This document shows positions 23,638 through 33,344 of a stretch of 64,000 nt of DNA, one piece after another. Source of the stretch: a virus (lineage: Duplodnaviria > Heunggongvirae > Uroviricota > Caudoviricetes); the IMG/VR virus record IMGVR_UViG_2660238580_000002; one strand, given 5' to 3'. The position numbers and the translations under genes are program-made. Numbering within the stretch: the stretch's first letter is position 1; the number at the start of each line of letters is the position of its first letter. The notes below the pieces were generated by a model that saw only the letters and a list, made by a program, of their open reading frames with translations, was not told the origin of the DNA and did not search any database.

Positions 23638-24678
23638 TTAGCCAATGCGAACGGTAACAAAACGATTGATGCGGGCCGGTATTGGCTGTGGTGCTGAATG
23701 TGTCTGCACATATTCAATAGCCGGATCACCAGGTACAATATAGTTTTTCGGTGCAAGTTCGGCTTTAGTCAGCCCCATTCGGATTAGCTCCGGATCCTGA
23801 ATACCGCCATAGGCGACAATCCCCTGAAGAGCCGTATTGCCAAGCACCATCAAATCAGGATCAAGGAAATGTTTTTCTGTTCCGTCCTCGTCGGTATAAC
23901 GCCCGCTGTAAACAACAATCGCAACATCGCCCATATACCCTTTAAAACTCACCGAATCACCAAGGTCTTTAAGGGCCGTTTCCAGTTCGGAATTAGAACC
24001 ACGACGGGTATCCAAAGCCTCTTTTATCGCTCTGAATGAACGGTATTTCTTCCATACATTACCACCCATAATGATGATATTAGTGACGCCCTCACTAAAT
24101 TCTGCGTAGCTCTCAATATCATCATTTGGATCAAAAGTTTCTTTATCCTTACTTGACCACTCAGTACCGCCAGACTGAGTGATGATATTTTGTGGTTTTA
24201 TATTCCAGTCCAGCTCATAACGTTCAATACCATCGCCCTCAATGATATTTTTCCCCGTTGTGATTGCCTGAACAGCAAGCCATTCAATACGTGCACGAAT
24301 AGCTTTAGCTTGATTTACAATCGCCTGTTTAACTTTAATATTACGCGCCCCAAAAGCATTGTATTGCTCAGGTGATACACCAGCAGGGCGCACAGCTAAC
24401 TTATTTGGATCAATGCTGCTTTTCGGCTTCATATAGCCTGGACGAATTGTTTTTGATTCGTACCCTTCGTCACGTGAAACTTTACTACCCACCATAGGAG
24501 AACAAAACGCTGCAATTGGGATATTTGGATCGTCGATTGTATCAAGAATAATATCGCGCGATTCAAACATTACCGAGCGAGTAAAAAACAAACTGGTAAA
24601 CAACGCATTTAGTTGTTTTTGTACATCTACAGCATTAACCACCTGTACAAGCTGGGTAGGCGAATATAAATCAACCAT
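23638..24678 (-). CDS. major capsid protein E homolog (island-encoded, diverged)
   Basis: 347 aa from MVDLYSPTQL (AAAGAGGA RBS); C-terminus ITQSGGTEWS...DTRRGSNSELETA...GDVAIVVYSG aligns with lambda gpE. Confidence 0.8.
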   Translation of the reverse strand: MVDLYSPTQLVQVVNAVDVQKQLNALFTSLFFTRSVMFESRDIILDTIDDPNIPIAAFCSPMVGSKVSRDEGYESKTIRPGYMKPKSSIDPNKLAVRPAGVSPEQYNAFGARNIKVKQAIVNQAKAIRARIEWLAVQAITTGKNIIEGDGIERYELDWNIKPQNIITQSGGTEWSSKDKETFDPNDDIESYAEFSEGVTNIIIMGGNVWKKYRSFRAIKEALDTRRGSNSELETALKDLGDSVSFKGYMGDVAIVVYSGRYTDEDGTEKHFLDPDLMVLGNTALQGIVAYGGIQDPELIRMGLTKAELAPKNYIVPGDPAIEYVQTHSAPQPIPARINRFVTVRIG

Positions 24679-24963
24679 ACACATCCTCTTTGCATTCATT
24701 AAAAATAATTGTGGATATATGCTATCACCAATATTTGTCATGCGAATACATGCAACCGAGTGCAATGTTGTATAAAGTTTTGGGATGACAACTTCAGCGC
24801 GGATAATTAGTGTTAATATATTCACTCCCTTTGGTCGGGATTTATGTAGCATGCCGGAAAATTTATTTTTTCCGGCCTTTTTTATTGGCAATATTTAAAA
24901 CGGAATATCATCTCCCCATTGCTCATTATCTCCCACTGGTGGATGGCTTCCTTGCTGATCTGC

Positions 24964-25344
24964 CTATTGTTTTGCTCTGTTCAGTGCGTCAGTAGCCTGA
25001 CCCTGTTGACCTTTTTTGCCGCCCGGTCGCACCGTTCGCGCACTGATTACGCTGTCTGCGATAACCTGCCAGCCCTGCCGCGTTTCACCGTTCTGTCCAG
25101 TCCACTGGCTCACCTGCATGTTACCCGCCACGCTCAGGAGTTCGCCTTTGTGATGCTTTGCCAGCGCATCGGCTTGTCTGCCAAACGCCAGCACAGATAA
25201 CCACATCGTCGCCGTTCCGTCATCTGCCTGGCTGCATGGCAAAGATACCGCCATCCGTGCCAGTGTCATGGGTGTTCCCTTGCTGGTATGTTTTACCTGT
25301 GGGTCGTCCACCAGCCGCCCGTAAGCTGCTATTTGCGCCGTCAT
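24964..25344 (-). CDS. single-stranded DNA-binding protein (OB-fold, SSB-like)
   Basis: 126 aa with SSB-like pattern GRLVDDPQV...WLSVLAFGRQAD...KGELLSVAGNMQVSQW. Confidence 0.6.
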   Translation of the reverse strand: MTAQIAAYGRLVDDPQVKHTSKGTPMTLARMAVSLPCSQADDGTATMWLSVLAFGRQADALAKHHKGELLSVAGNMQVSQWTGQNGETRQGWQVIADSVISARTVRPGGKKGQQGQATDALNRAKQ

Positions 25345-25355
25345 GCTGCCTGCTC

Positions 25356-25598
25356 TCAGGACTTAATATTGATGGTTGTCACTTCCTCCGCTTCGGCAAT
25401 CTCCCGTTCGGTCAGCGTGGCAAAGTTTGCAGCCGCCGTTGTCATGAATGCGCTTATCAGTTCGGGATGTGCTTTCGCGTATCCTTCCCCGGCGTTGCGG
25501 TCTATTGCCTTAATCGCCACCCTTAGCCAGTGTTCAGCCATATCAAGGGCGCGGTAATGTGGCTTTATATGTTTGTTCAGTTTTCCTGATGTGTGCAT
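25356..25598 (-). CDS. hypothetical protein
   Basis: 80-aa ORF immediately downstream of iteron region. Confidence 0.4.
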   Translation of the reverse strand: MHTSGKLNKHIKPHYRALDMAEHWLRVAIKAIDRNAGEGYAKAHPELISAFMTTAAANFATLTEREIAEAEEVTTINIKS

Positions 25599-25643
25599 TT
25601 TTATTTTTACCCCCTCGTTTAAAAAGTTTTTTGTGCACCACCA

Positions 25644-25876
25644 CCTTGTCTACCTTGTCTACCTGATTAGTTATCAGGCCAGTAATGGCGCGGGTTTCAG
25701 AGAGGTAGACAGCCCCAAATAGCTGTCTACCTCATCTCTACCCGTCTCCTTACCTGTCTACAAAAATGGGTAGATAAGGTAGATAACAGGTAGACAGTGA
25801 AAAATAGTTATCTACCTGCATTAATACATTGAAATAAAAGTATTTTATTTCAGTCAGGTAGACAAGGTAGATAACC
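25644..25876. repeat. iteron cluster (GGTAGACA/GGTAGATA and complement TGTCTACC), putative island replication origin
   Basis: More than 10 copies of an 8-11 bp motif in both orientations, AT-rich, directly upstream of primase gene. Confidence 0.75.
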
Positions 25877-25887
25877 ATTGCCATTTT

Positions 25888-27639
25888 TTATAAAAACGCA
25901 TCGCAATCATCAGTAGTCGTTGCGTTGGTCTGAGTGACTCCCTTAACTTTTCGCGTAATATATTCATATCCGTAAACTTTCGCCGCTGACCTCATAGCCT
26001 TTCCGAACTCATTCACGCTCAAACATTTCCCCTTTCCTGTATATGCCATGAAGGCCATATAGACACGGTAAAGGCTGTTTCTGGTCGTGTACTTCACGGT
26101 GTCACCACCACCGCCCATCATTAGCCCACGAGCTTCCTCCAGAAACTCCAGCGCCGCGCAAAGCTCAACAACCGGATCCGTTTGCTGCTTTATTGCCAGA
26201 GCTTCATCACCGTCACGCTGTTCCAGTAATAAAGCCCGTGCCTTTTCAGGGTCAGCAAAATTAGCCAGCAAGCGGCGGATAATTACGGGGATTTCTGCCG
26301 CTATCTTTTCCGGTAATTCCTTGTCTTTTTCGTCCTCCCTTACAATGTTGTCGAACCGGAAAATCACCCGACGGCGTGACACACCTCCGGCCCGTTCGGT
26401 AAAGATCATCGGGTCGTTATTGGTTGCCAGTACCACCGCCCTTATTATCGTCGTGAATCGCTTCTCATATTTCGGGTTAATTTCAACGGGATCGCCTCCC
26501 GTGATTTTCTTGATGCCCGTGCCTTCCCCCGTATATTTCGGCTGATCGGCAAGGACGATAAGACGACTCCCGACAACCTGCGCGCGCCCTCCTGCATCAT
26601 CGAGTGATGTCATCTCTGCGCTTACGGTGTTCTGTTTGCCAGCAAGCAGGGTGGCAATATGAGTAAATGTGCTCTTTCCGCTTCCCCCGTCTCCGGTGGC
26701 CTCAATGAACATCTGCCAGTCGTAGCGGTTCGCCATAATCATGTATAACGCGGCACATATACGCATCATCTTGCGCGGGTCTTTTCCTGCAGCATGTTCA
26801 AGCCATTTATGGAAATTTGGCGCATTATCGCGGATGTTTTCCCCTGCTACTGGTGGCGTGTACTCAATACCATTGTGCGTGGTGCTCCAGTGCTCCGGCG
26901 AGTGCGGAGAAAATTCCCCCGTTTTCAGATTAAGCACACCATTAGTGAACGGTAGCAAATCACCGGACGGCTCCCCCATGGGGGCGGCAATAACTTTTAA
27001 CGCTTCCACGGCGTTATTGATTACGCGCTTGCTGAACGTGGCCCTGTGCTCTGAATAGATCGCCACCATTTCGCGGCTCAGCTCCATTGTGCTGACCGGA
27101 CACCATACCCCGCCGCGCCATACGTGGACGATTTCACTTTCTGCATGAACACAAACACCATCAAAGCGATCGGCAAGTAGTTGTGCCCGCTCACTGTCTG
27201 CCATCTGTGAAAGTTGCGCCTTTTGCTTCGTCGGAAGATTAAGCACCAGGCTTTCCCCACGCTCGCATTCCTCTTTGAGTCGCGGCAACTGGTCGGATAA
27301 ATCCACTGGGCTGGTGTCAGTAATCCCCGCGTATTCGTGTACGGTCTTCACTCCAGCCACAGCCAGTAACGTAACAATCTGCGTCATGCTGTGCTCTGTG
27401 ATATGTCCTGCGCGGTAAACACGCACACACTGACGATCTTCATCAATGATCCGGTAATCGGTGATGTTTTTCAGTTGCTCATCAGCCAACACGACAGGCG
27501 GCACATCGTCGGCGGCAATATGTTTACCCGCCCATTCCTGCCACTCTTTCGCATGGCTCCACGCATCACTACCTGCAAAGATGATTACCTCTGTCAGTCT
27601 GTCGCGTGGCTGTTTTTTTAAGTTCGGTGCCAGTTTCAT
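25888..27639 (-). CDS. P4-family primase/helicase (Pri-Rep-like replication protein)
   Basis: 583 aa; Walker A GDGGSGKST in C-terminal NTPase domain; adjacent to iterons. Confidence 0.75.
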   Translation of the reverse strand: MKLAPNLKKQPRDRLTEVIIFAGSDAWSHAKEWQEWAGKHIAADDVPPVVLADEQLKNITDYRIIDEDRQCVRVYRAGHITEHSMTQIVTLLAVAGVKTVHEYAGITDTSPVDLSDQLPRLKEECERGESLVLNLPTKQKAQLSQMADSERAQLLADRFDGVCVHAESEIVHVWRGGVWCPVSTMELSREMVAIYSEHRATFSKRVINNAVEALKVIAAPMGEPSGDLLPFTNGVLNLKTGEFSPHSPEHWSTTHNGIEYTPPVAGENIRDNAPNFHKWLEHAAGKDPRKMMRICAALYMIMANRYDWQMFIEATGDGGSGKSTFTHIATLLAGKQNTVSAEMTSLDDAGGRAQVVGSRLIVLADQPKYTGEGTGIKKITGGDPVEINPKYEKRFTTIIRAVVLATNNDPMIFTERAGGVSRRRVIFRFDNIVREDEKDKELPEKIAAEIPVIIRRLLANFADPEKARALLLEQRDGDEALAIKQQTDPVVELCAALEFLEEARGLMMGGGGDTVKYTTRNSLYRVYMAFMAYTGKGKCLSVNEFGKAMRSAAKVYGYEYITRKVKGVTQTNATTTDDCDAFL

Positions 27640-27935
27640 TTTTTGCCCCTGAATGCGTTAATCATGCTTTTCATTTTCTGGATGTTTCCCCGCGCTTTTT
27701 CCCTGCTGATGGGCTTACTGCGGGGTGCGGCATATACCAGGGAAAAATCACGCCGGAACTGATAAACAGGCATCACGCAGTCATAGCTATACCCCTCACG
27801 ACGGTAAGTGATGCGCCGTTCTGCCACGCCTTTAATCGTTACCGTGCCGCCGTATTTATCGCGGTAAATATCGCCGTTCATAAATTCAGGCCGAGCGGGG
27901 CCGCTGGCAATAAAGCCAGAATTTTTCATTTCCAT
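27636..27935 (-). CDS. hypothetical protein
   Basis: 99-aa ORF, stop overlaps primase start. Confidence 0.4.
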   Translation of the reverse strand: MEMKNSGFIASGPARPEFMNGDIYRDKYGGTVTIKGVAERRITYRREGYSYDCVMPVYQFRRDFSLVYAAPRSKPISREKARGNIQKMKSMINAFRGKK

Positions 27936-27952
27936 ATTATTTATTCCTCGAC

Positions 27953-28174
27953 TTAACTCGACTTATTTGATAGCAGGGCACTATTTATTGCGTCATTGAG
28001 TTTTTCTGCTGCTTCATCAATAAGTGACAACAGGCCATAAGCAATATTTGCATCTTCATTGTCATTTATGCAATCAAGCCACATATTTAATATTGCTTTT
28101 GCTGAATTATTTAAAGTTAATGAACTTTCTGCACATGCTAACAATTTAAAAAAGACTTCCCGTTCTGTATTCAT
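27953..28174 (-). CDS. hypothetical protein
   Basis: 73-aa ORF in island early region. Confidence 0.35.
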   Translation of the reverse strand: MNTEREVFFKLLACAESSLTLNNSAKAILNMWLDCINDNEDANIAYGLLSLIDEAAEKLNDAINSALLSNKSS

Positions 28175-28366
28175 TTAATCCCCCACCAGCTTACTTTCTT
28201 CCTCAATCAAAAAACTAGCGACACTTCCCGAAAGACGCGCCAGTAGGCTCGCCAGTGCGGATATATCAGCATCTGTAATTTTGTTCGGGTATACCTCAAG
28301 AAGGCGGCAAATAATTTCTGTCTGGTGCGCACGTTCAGCGGCTTCGTGTAATGTGATTTCCTGCAT
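28175..28366 (-). CDS. hypothetical protein
   Basis: 63-aa ORF in island early region. Confidence 0.35.
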   Translation of the reverse strand: MQEITLHEAAERAHQTEIICRLLEVYPNKITDADISALASLLARLSGSVASFLIEEESKLVGD

Positions 28367-28600
28367 TAATGCACCTCTTTTAATTCATACACTGCTGAAA
28401 TAATGACTTGTGATAAGCCATATTCTGATGATTCGCTTCTCACCGCAGCAATAGCCGTCTGAACATTAACAGCCTTCACGTTCTGAGCGATACCAATTGT
28501 GTGGCCTAGTGGGTTAACCGCACGAGCAAATACACGGAAGGTTTTAAGCACGGCATACTGAACCGCCCCGGGTTTCCTGGAGAGTGTTTTATCTGTGAAC

Positions 28601-29491
28601 TCAGGCTGCCAGATCATCGTTTCCGATGGAAGCATAATAAGCTTTTTCTGCTTCTGCCGGAGGAGTATGGCCCAGCCTTTCCAGCAATCGTCGATTGTTA
28701 TACCAGTCCACCCACGTGAGTGTGGCCAGTTCCACTTCTGCACGGTTTTTCCAGCTCTTACGGTGTATTACCTCCGCTTTGTAAAGACCATTGATGCTCT
28801 CCGCCATCGCGTTGTCATACGAGTCGCCTGTACTTCCTGTTGATGCCAGTAATCCGGCTTCCTTAAGCCGCTGTGTGTAGGCCAGCGATACATACTGAGA
28901 ACCTTTATCACTGTGATGGACCGTGCCGGACGGTCGACGGGCCCATAACGCCTGCTCCAGTGCATCCAGCACGAATGTCGTTTCCATGGACGATGAGACC
29001 CGCCACCCCACGATGTATCCGGCAAACACATCAATGATGAACGCCACATAGACGAAGCCCCGCCATGTGCTGACGTAAGTAAAATCAGCCACCCACAGCT
29101 GGTCAGGTCGTTCTGCCACGAACTGACGGTTTACGCGGTCGCCTGCGGCAACGGCTTTCCGGCTGATGGTCGTACGGACCTTTTTACCCCGGAGAACACC
29201 GGCAAGTCCCATAACCGCCATGAGACGTGCCACAGTGCATCTGGCCACTCTGATACCTTCCCGTAACAACTGACGCCAGACTTTACGCACACCGTATACC
29301 TTGTGATTTTCATCGTATACGCGCTGTATCTCTTTCTTCAGCCAGTCATCGCGCTGCGCACGGGCACTGCGTTTATCCGGATGATGTCGCTGTTGCTGAC
29401 AGTGGTAATACGTTGACGGGGCAATATGCAGTTCGCTGCATAGCGGTCCGACCCCGTACTGCTCACGCAGCTTATCCAGCAGTGGCATCAT
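28601..29491 (-). CDS. IS629 transposase OrfB (DDE integrase core)
   Basis: 296 aa, identical to copy at 61767-62657. Confidence 0.9.
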   Translation of the reverse strand: MMPLLDKLREQYGVGPLCSELHIAPSTYYHCQQQRHHPDKRSARAQRDDWLKKEIQRVYDENHKVYGVRKVWRQLLREGIRVARCTVARLMAVMGLAGVLRGKKVRTTISRKAVAAGDRVNRQFVAERPDQLWVADFTYVSTWRGFVYVAFIIDVFAGYIVGWRVSSSMETTFVLDALEQALWARRPSGTVHHSDKGSQYVSLAYTQRLKEAGLLASTGSTGDSYDNAMAESINGLYKAEVIHRKSWKNRAEVELATLTWVDWYNNRRLLERLGHTPPAEAEKAYYASIGNDDLAA

Positions 29492-29814
29492 TTTTTCCAG
29501 AGGCGGTCGAACTCCGCCTTCGCAAAATAAGCGGAAGCCTGGCGAAGGATATCGTTACTGCGGCGCAGTTCACGATTTTCACGTTCCAGCTCTTTCAGAC
29601 GCTGACGTTCAGCGGTGGTGAGCCCTCCATCACCGCCCCCGGTATCCCGCTCATGCTGGCGAACCCAGACACGCAGAGTCTCCGGCGTACAGCCAATCTT
29701 TGGAGCAATGGAACAAATTGTCGCCCATTGTGAGTCATATTCGCTCTGACTTTCCAGAACCATACGGACTGCCCGTTGACGGACTTCGGGGGAAAAACGA
29801 GTATTTTTAGTCAT
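29488..29814 (-). CDS. IS629 transposase OrfA (HTH)
   Basis: 108 aa [30 protein letters not shown]. Confidence 0.9.
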   Translation of the reverse strand: MTKNTRFSPEVRQRAVRMVLESQSEYDSQWATICSIAPKIGCTPETLRVWVRQHERDTGGGDGGLTTAERQRLKELERENRELRRSNDILRQASAYFAKAEFDRLWKK

Positions 29815-29868
29815 CCTGTTTACCTCTTTCTCAGGAAGTTTAGTCTCCAGGATTCCCGGGGCGGTTCA

Positions 29869-30060
29869 TACCTCCTGACGAATACGGGCGGCAAATATCA
29901 TCACGCAGCCAGTTGGGGATTGTTGGCGGGCTTCCTGTTCGCTGGCGGCCTCGATGTGTATTACGCGTGGTTGTGCGGTGCTCAGGGCGATAAAACGCCA
30001 GATGTATTTATTCAGGTTGTGCGGGTCCCGCCCTTGCGGGTGTGTGGTATGATTTCTCAT
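29869..30060 (-). CDS. Icd-like cell division inhibitor family protein, 3' end truncated by IS629
   Basis: YIWRFIALSTAQPRVIHIEAASEQEARQQS...IFAARI resembles Icd-like small proteins; reading past the IS predicts loss of only 3 codons. Confidence 0.45.
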
Positions 30061-30198
30061 AGCTATCTCGATACTGTTGCTATCGTTGGTGGTTAGAAGC
30101 CCGTTGGTGTTCCTAGCGCCTTCGGGCTTTGCTTTTTTAAGTGCCTCCGTGTTAAGGTGGTCACCTAACAGTAAAAAGGCTAATTCAATAGGTGGTCA

Positions 30199-30391
30199 CT
30201 TGTCAACAATCAAACGCGATAAAAGTCCTAAGGGTGATGGGCAATCTCCACAATTCAGAATGCGAATTTCTCCAGAGCTAAAAGAGCAATTCGACAAAGA
30301 AGCGCAGAGCGACGGCATAAGCCTAGCCAACTGGCTTAAAGAATTAGGGCGCAAAGAGCTGCTACGGCGCGGTATTGAACCAAAAGGATAA
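30199..30391 (+). CDS. ribbon-helix-helix (Arc/CopG-like) DNA-binding protein
   Basis: C-terminal ISPELKEQFDKEAQSDGISLANWLKELGRKELL RHH pattern; start uncertain (TTG at 30199 with AGGTGG SD, or ATG at 30260). Confidence 0.5.
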
Positions 30392-30418
30392 GAGTAATTG
30401 AAGTCAAGGAGCTAACAC

Positions 30419-30775
30419 ATGAAATACGAATTCTTCGCAACAAGTAGCAGTAGTTTGGATGTATACATAGTCACTGTATCAAACGATTCTAGCTCGCTAA
30501 TCATGACTTGCAATTGTCCAGCAGGAAGTAAAGGTATTCTATGTAGACACCGTAAAGCTTTAATTACCGGAAAAATCCGTGGTATATTCACTCCCCCAAG
30601 AAGGAATAATCCCGAAAAGTTACAAGAAGCTATAAATTTAATAACCACATATGGCATAGATAAAACATTAAAGTTGTACACTGATGAGTTAGAACGAGCA
30701 GAACAGACTTGGATAAGTGTTCGCGATAATTTGAGAGCAATGATAAACGCTCTTGTTGAACCACCTAAATATTGA
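30419..30775 (+). CDS. small SWIM-type zinc-finger protein
   Basis: 118 aa with CNCPAGSKGILCRH (CxC...CxH); AAGGAG RBS upstream. Confidence 0.5.
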   Translation: MKYEFFATSSSSLDVYIVTVSNDSSSLIMTCNCPAGSKGILCRHRKALITGKIRGIFTPPRRNNPEKLQEAINLITTYGIDKTLKLYTDELERAEQTWISVRDNLRAMINALVEPPKY

Positions 30776-30906
30776 ACTGTTCACATTGCCTATCAGTCGA
30801 CAACCTCGTATTCTGATTAAGGCTAACTATATACTCACATTGGCGACCAATTCTGGTCGCCTTTATCCACCATTTTTATAACATCATAGATTAAAAGTGT
30901 TAATCC

Positions 30907-31737
30907 TTACCCCCTGAATGGAATTGATGAGGATTTAATTTCCACTGAACTAAATCCTTTTGAATCCAAGAACATTTTTATACCAGCCTCAATGAAATCA
31001 TAATCGTTTGTCGGGCCAATAGTAATACTTTTAATTGGTAACTTCCTATGATCTTTATTACCAATGATGATATAAGGGATGACACCATTATTATTTATTC
31101 TGAATTGCACATCTGGTATTAGTATGCGCGGAGTAAATACCAATCTAAATTCATTTTCTTCGATAAAACTAGGATGTTTAAAAAATGGGATGTATTTAGA
31201 TATAAATTGATACGTAGAGGCCATTGTTACAAAATGATCATTCTTTTCTTTAATATTAATACCATTACAAGAAAAAAACGCCCCCAACTCCTTACTCATC
31301 TTAGTAACATCGTTATTATTTGAATATATAACATCATGTGCAACACAATTTAAATAAATATTTTGAGAAAAGCTCACAAGTTCATCCGCATCAAACTCAA
31401 TGCAAACACCCTGTTTATTTCCGTAACCTCTCCACTGACTTAACTTATCGTTTTCCTTACAAAAAGAGATGCTATAAACATGTTTATCAATCCCTTTTTC
31501 TTTTTGTAACCTCCCTTTCTCATACATGTCAAGAGACTTGAGCAAAATAGTTTTCTTATCTTTTGGAATGATATTGTCATCAACTATTTTAATTGTATTT
31601 CGAAAGCATTCACATCCATGGTTAGACTCCTCTTTATCATTTAAGAAATATATGTTTGTAGCCCATAAAGAATTAGAGTCTAATATACCTTTCAAACCAA
31701 AAAGATCTGTATAATGAAATATAGCCACAATGCCCAC
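30907..31737 (-). CDS. DUF2971-like protein
   Basis: 276 aa; N-terminal IFHYTDLFGLKGILDSNSLWATNIYFLNDKEE resembles DUF2971 signature. Confidence 0.5.
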   Translation of the reverse strand: MGIVAIFHYTDLFGLKGILDSNSLWATNIYFLNDKEESNHGCECFRNTIKIVDDNIIPKDKKTILLKSLDMYEKGRLQKEKGIDKHVYSISFCKENDKLSQWRGYGNKQGVCIEFDADELVSFSQNIYLNCVAHDVIYSNNNDVTKMSKELGAFFSCNGINIKEKNDHFVTMASTYQFISKYIPFFKHPSFIEENEFRLVFTPRILIPDVQFRINNNGVIPYIIIGNKDHRKLPIKSITIGPTNDYDFIEAGIKMFLDSKGFSSVEIKSSSIPFRG

Positions 31738-31744
31738 CTAATAG

Positions 31745-31975
31745 TTAAGTTGTTTCCCACTCACCTCGAATCCATGCCTGCACTTCTGAAAGACGATATG
31801 CAACAGCAGTGGAACCAATCTTGATCCGCTTAGGAAATTTTCCTTCCTTCTCCAGCTTCCAGCGTGTGCTGTTCGCAAGAGTGGTTAGCTCCCGACATTC
31901 TTTCTCACGGATCATTCGGTCAATGTTAGGAATGTACTCCAGACCCTTTTTATCAACAATTGCCATTTTTTTCAT
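31745..31975 (-). CDS. alpA: AlpA-family transcriptional regulator
   Basis: 76 aa; TTLANSTRWKLEKEGKFPKRIKIGSTAVAYRLSEVQAWI AlpA-type HTH; immediately downstream of int. Confidence 0.75.
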   Translation of the reverse strand: MKKMAIVDKKGLEYIPNIDRMIREKECRELTTLANSTRWKLEKEGKFPKRIKIGSTAVAYRLSEVQAWIRGEWETT

Positions 31976-31976
31976 G

Positions 31977-33212
31977 TTAACCAGCCTTTTGTTTGAGGAT
32001 TGTCACTTTTGAATCAGCACCTGCGATGCTATTGAGATATGTAGTCCAGAGTTCCAGAGCATCCAGTTTTTTAGCCATAAACTTACTCCGGTTGTAAACA
32101 CCTGCCACGCCAGGTAGCGCATGGCCTAACAGTTGTTCTACTACATAAAATTCAACACCGAGATCACTTAGATGAGTAGATAGCGTTCTTCTAAGGTCGT
32201 GTAGTGACCATTGTTTTTCATGGCCCAAACGTTTACCGATTTTCCCCCCAATCTTGCTTACGCTTTCTCTAATTCGCAGACTTCCCAGCACATAACCAGT
32301 ATGTTTTGTCTCTTCGTGAACATCCGTTACCCACTGTCGTAGAATTTCAGGTACTGGTCTGACGATTTCAACACCGGTTTTTGAGTGTTCTTTTGGTACA
32401 GTCCAAACCCAACTTTCTAGATCCCATTCGCTCCATTCTGATAATCGGGCTTCACTCATTCGACATCCAAATACTGTACAAAGCACAAACATTTTTCGCG
32501 TGTATTCAGACATTAGTTTTAAATCAGGCTCGACAAAAATTGCCTTCCAGAGCTGGCCCAGTTCGGCTTCATCCAGAACCCGATCCCGCTTACCTGCAAT
32601 CTGCCCCACATCACTCATGCGCAAATCCTTTAAAGCATCACACGTCGCGTACTGGCGTACCCGACAAAAACGAAGAGCTAATTTAGTGTCAGAAAAAACA
32701 TACGCCGCCATAACTGGTGCATTACGTTTAATTCGGTCAAAACAGTCCAGCCATTCATATAGGTGAGTGTCATTTACGGGCAAATGACCGATATAGGGAA
32801 AGATATGCTTTCGAAATCTGCCAAGCGTTACAGCATGAGTTTTACGACGCACCTTACAGTAATTTTCATACCAGTAATTTAGTGCATCCTCCACTGTGAC
32901 CGGCTTTAAGCGTTCTTCAGCCTGAATCTTAATCTGGATACGCGGATCACGTTTGTCAGCCAACCAACCACGGCACTCGTCGCGCTTTTCTCTTGCCTGT
33001 TTGAGTGACATATCAGGATATTTACCCAACGTTAGCCAGACCGGAGCAGCCCGGCCACCTGCTAACCTGTAGAAGAAAACAAAGCTCACAGCCCCCTTAG
33101 TACTCACACGAATAGAAAGCCCCTTTCCATCAGCAATGGTGATCTGCTTTTCTCTGGGTTTCCCCAGATATCCTTTAAGCGCTTTGTCGCTCAGTTTGTT
33201 CTCGCCAGCCAT
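31977..33212 (-). CDS. int: P4-type tyrosine integrase
   Basis: Start MAGENKL; DUF4102-like arm domain; catalytic residues R (CRMSEARL), HDLRRT, Y (VAGVYNRS); adjacent to junction repeat. Confidence 0.9.
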   Translation of the reverse strand: MAGENKLSDKALKGYLGKPREKQITIADGKGLSIRVSTKGAVSFVFFYRLAGGRAAPVWLTLGKYPDMSLKQAREKRDECRGWLADKRDPRIQIKIQAEERLKPVTVEDALNYWYENYCKVRRKTHAVTLGRFRKHIFPYIGHLPVNDTHLYEWLDCFDRIKRNAPVMAAYVFSDTKLALRFCRVRQYATCDALKDLRMSDVGQIAGKRDRVLDEAELGQLWKAIFVEPDLKLMSEYTRKMFVLCTVFGCRMSEARLSEWSEWDLESWVWTVPKEHSKTGVEIVRPVPEILRQWVTDVHEETKHTGYVLGSLRIRESVSKIGGKIGKRLGHEKQWSLHDLRRTLSTHLSDLGVEFYVVEQLLGHALPGVAGVYNRSKFMAKKLDALELWTTYLNSIAGADSKVTILKQKAG

Positions 33213-33344
33213 TTTTAGCCCCAAAAAGCAATACAAGCTGCAATACAGAGATGATTGCAACACACAGATAACGAGGAAAATCCAGTGAAAGCGCCAGATA
33301 ATCTTATTCTTTATTATCAAAGAATTAAGTGTAAAAACCAGCAA

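Larger units (their letters stand above)
28559..29868 (-). mobile_element. IS629 (IS3 family), copy 1, 1310 bp
   Basis: Ends TGAACCGCCCCGGG...CCCGGGGCGGTTCA; 3-bp target duplication TAC (28556-28558, 29869-29871). Confidence 0.92.

Noticed and set aside
25644-25876. Short repeated motifs that could be taken for a CRISPR array
   Set aside because: The repeats are 8-11 bp, occur in both orientations with irregular spacing, and there are no cas genes. The pattern fits replication iterons next to a primase.
28366-28743. 125-aa ORF starting inside IS629 ([12 protein letters not shown]...) and running into flanking DNA; same at 61640-61909
   Set aside because: It is read-through from the IS end into adjacent sequence. 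The identical N-terminus at both IS629 copies with different continuations shows it is an insertion artefact.
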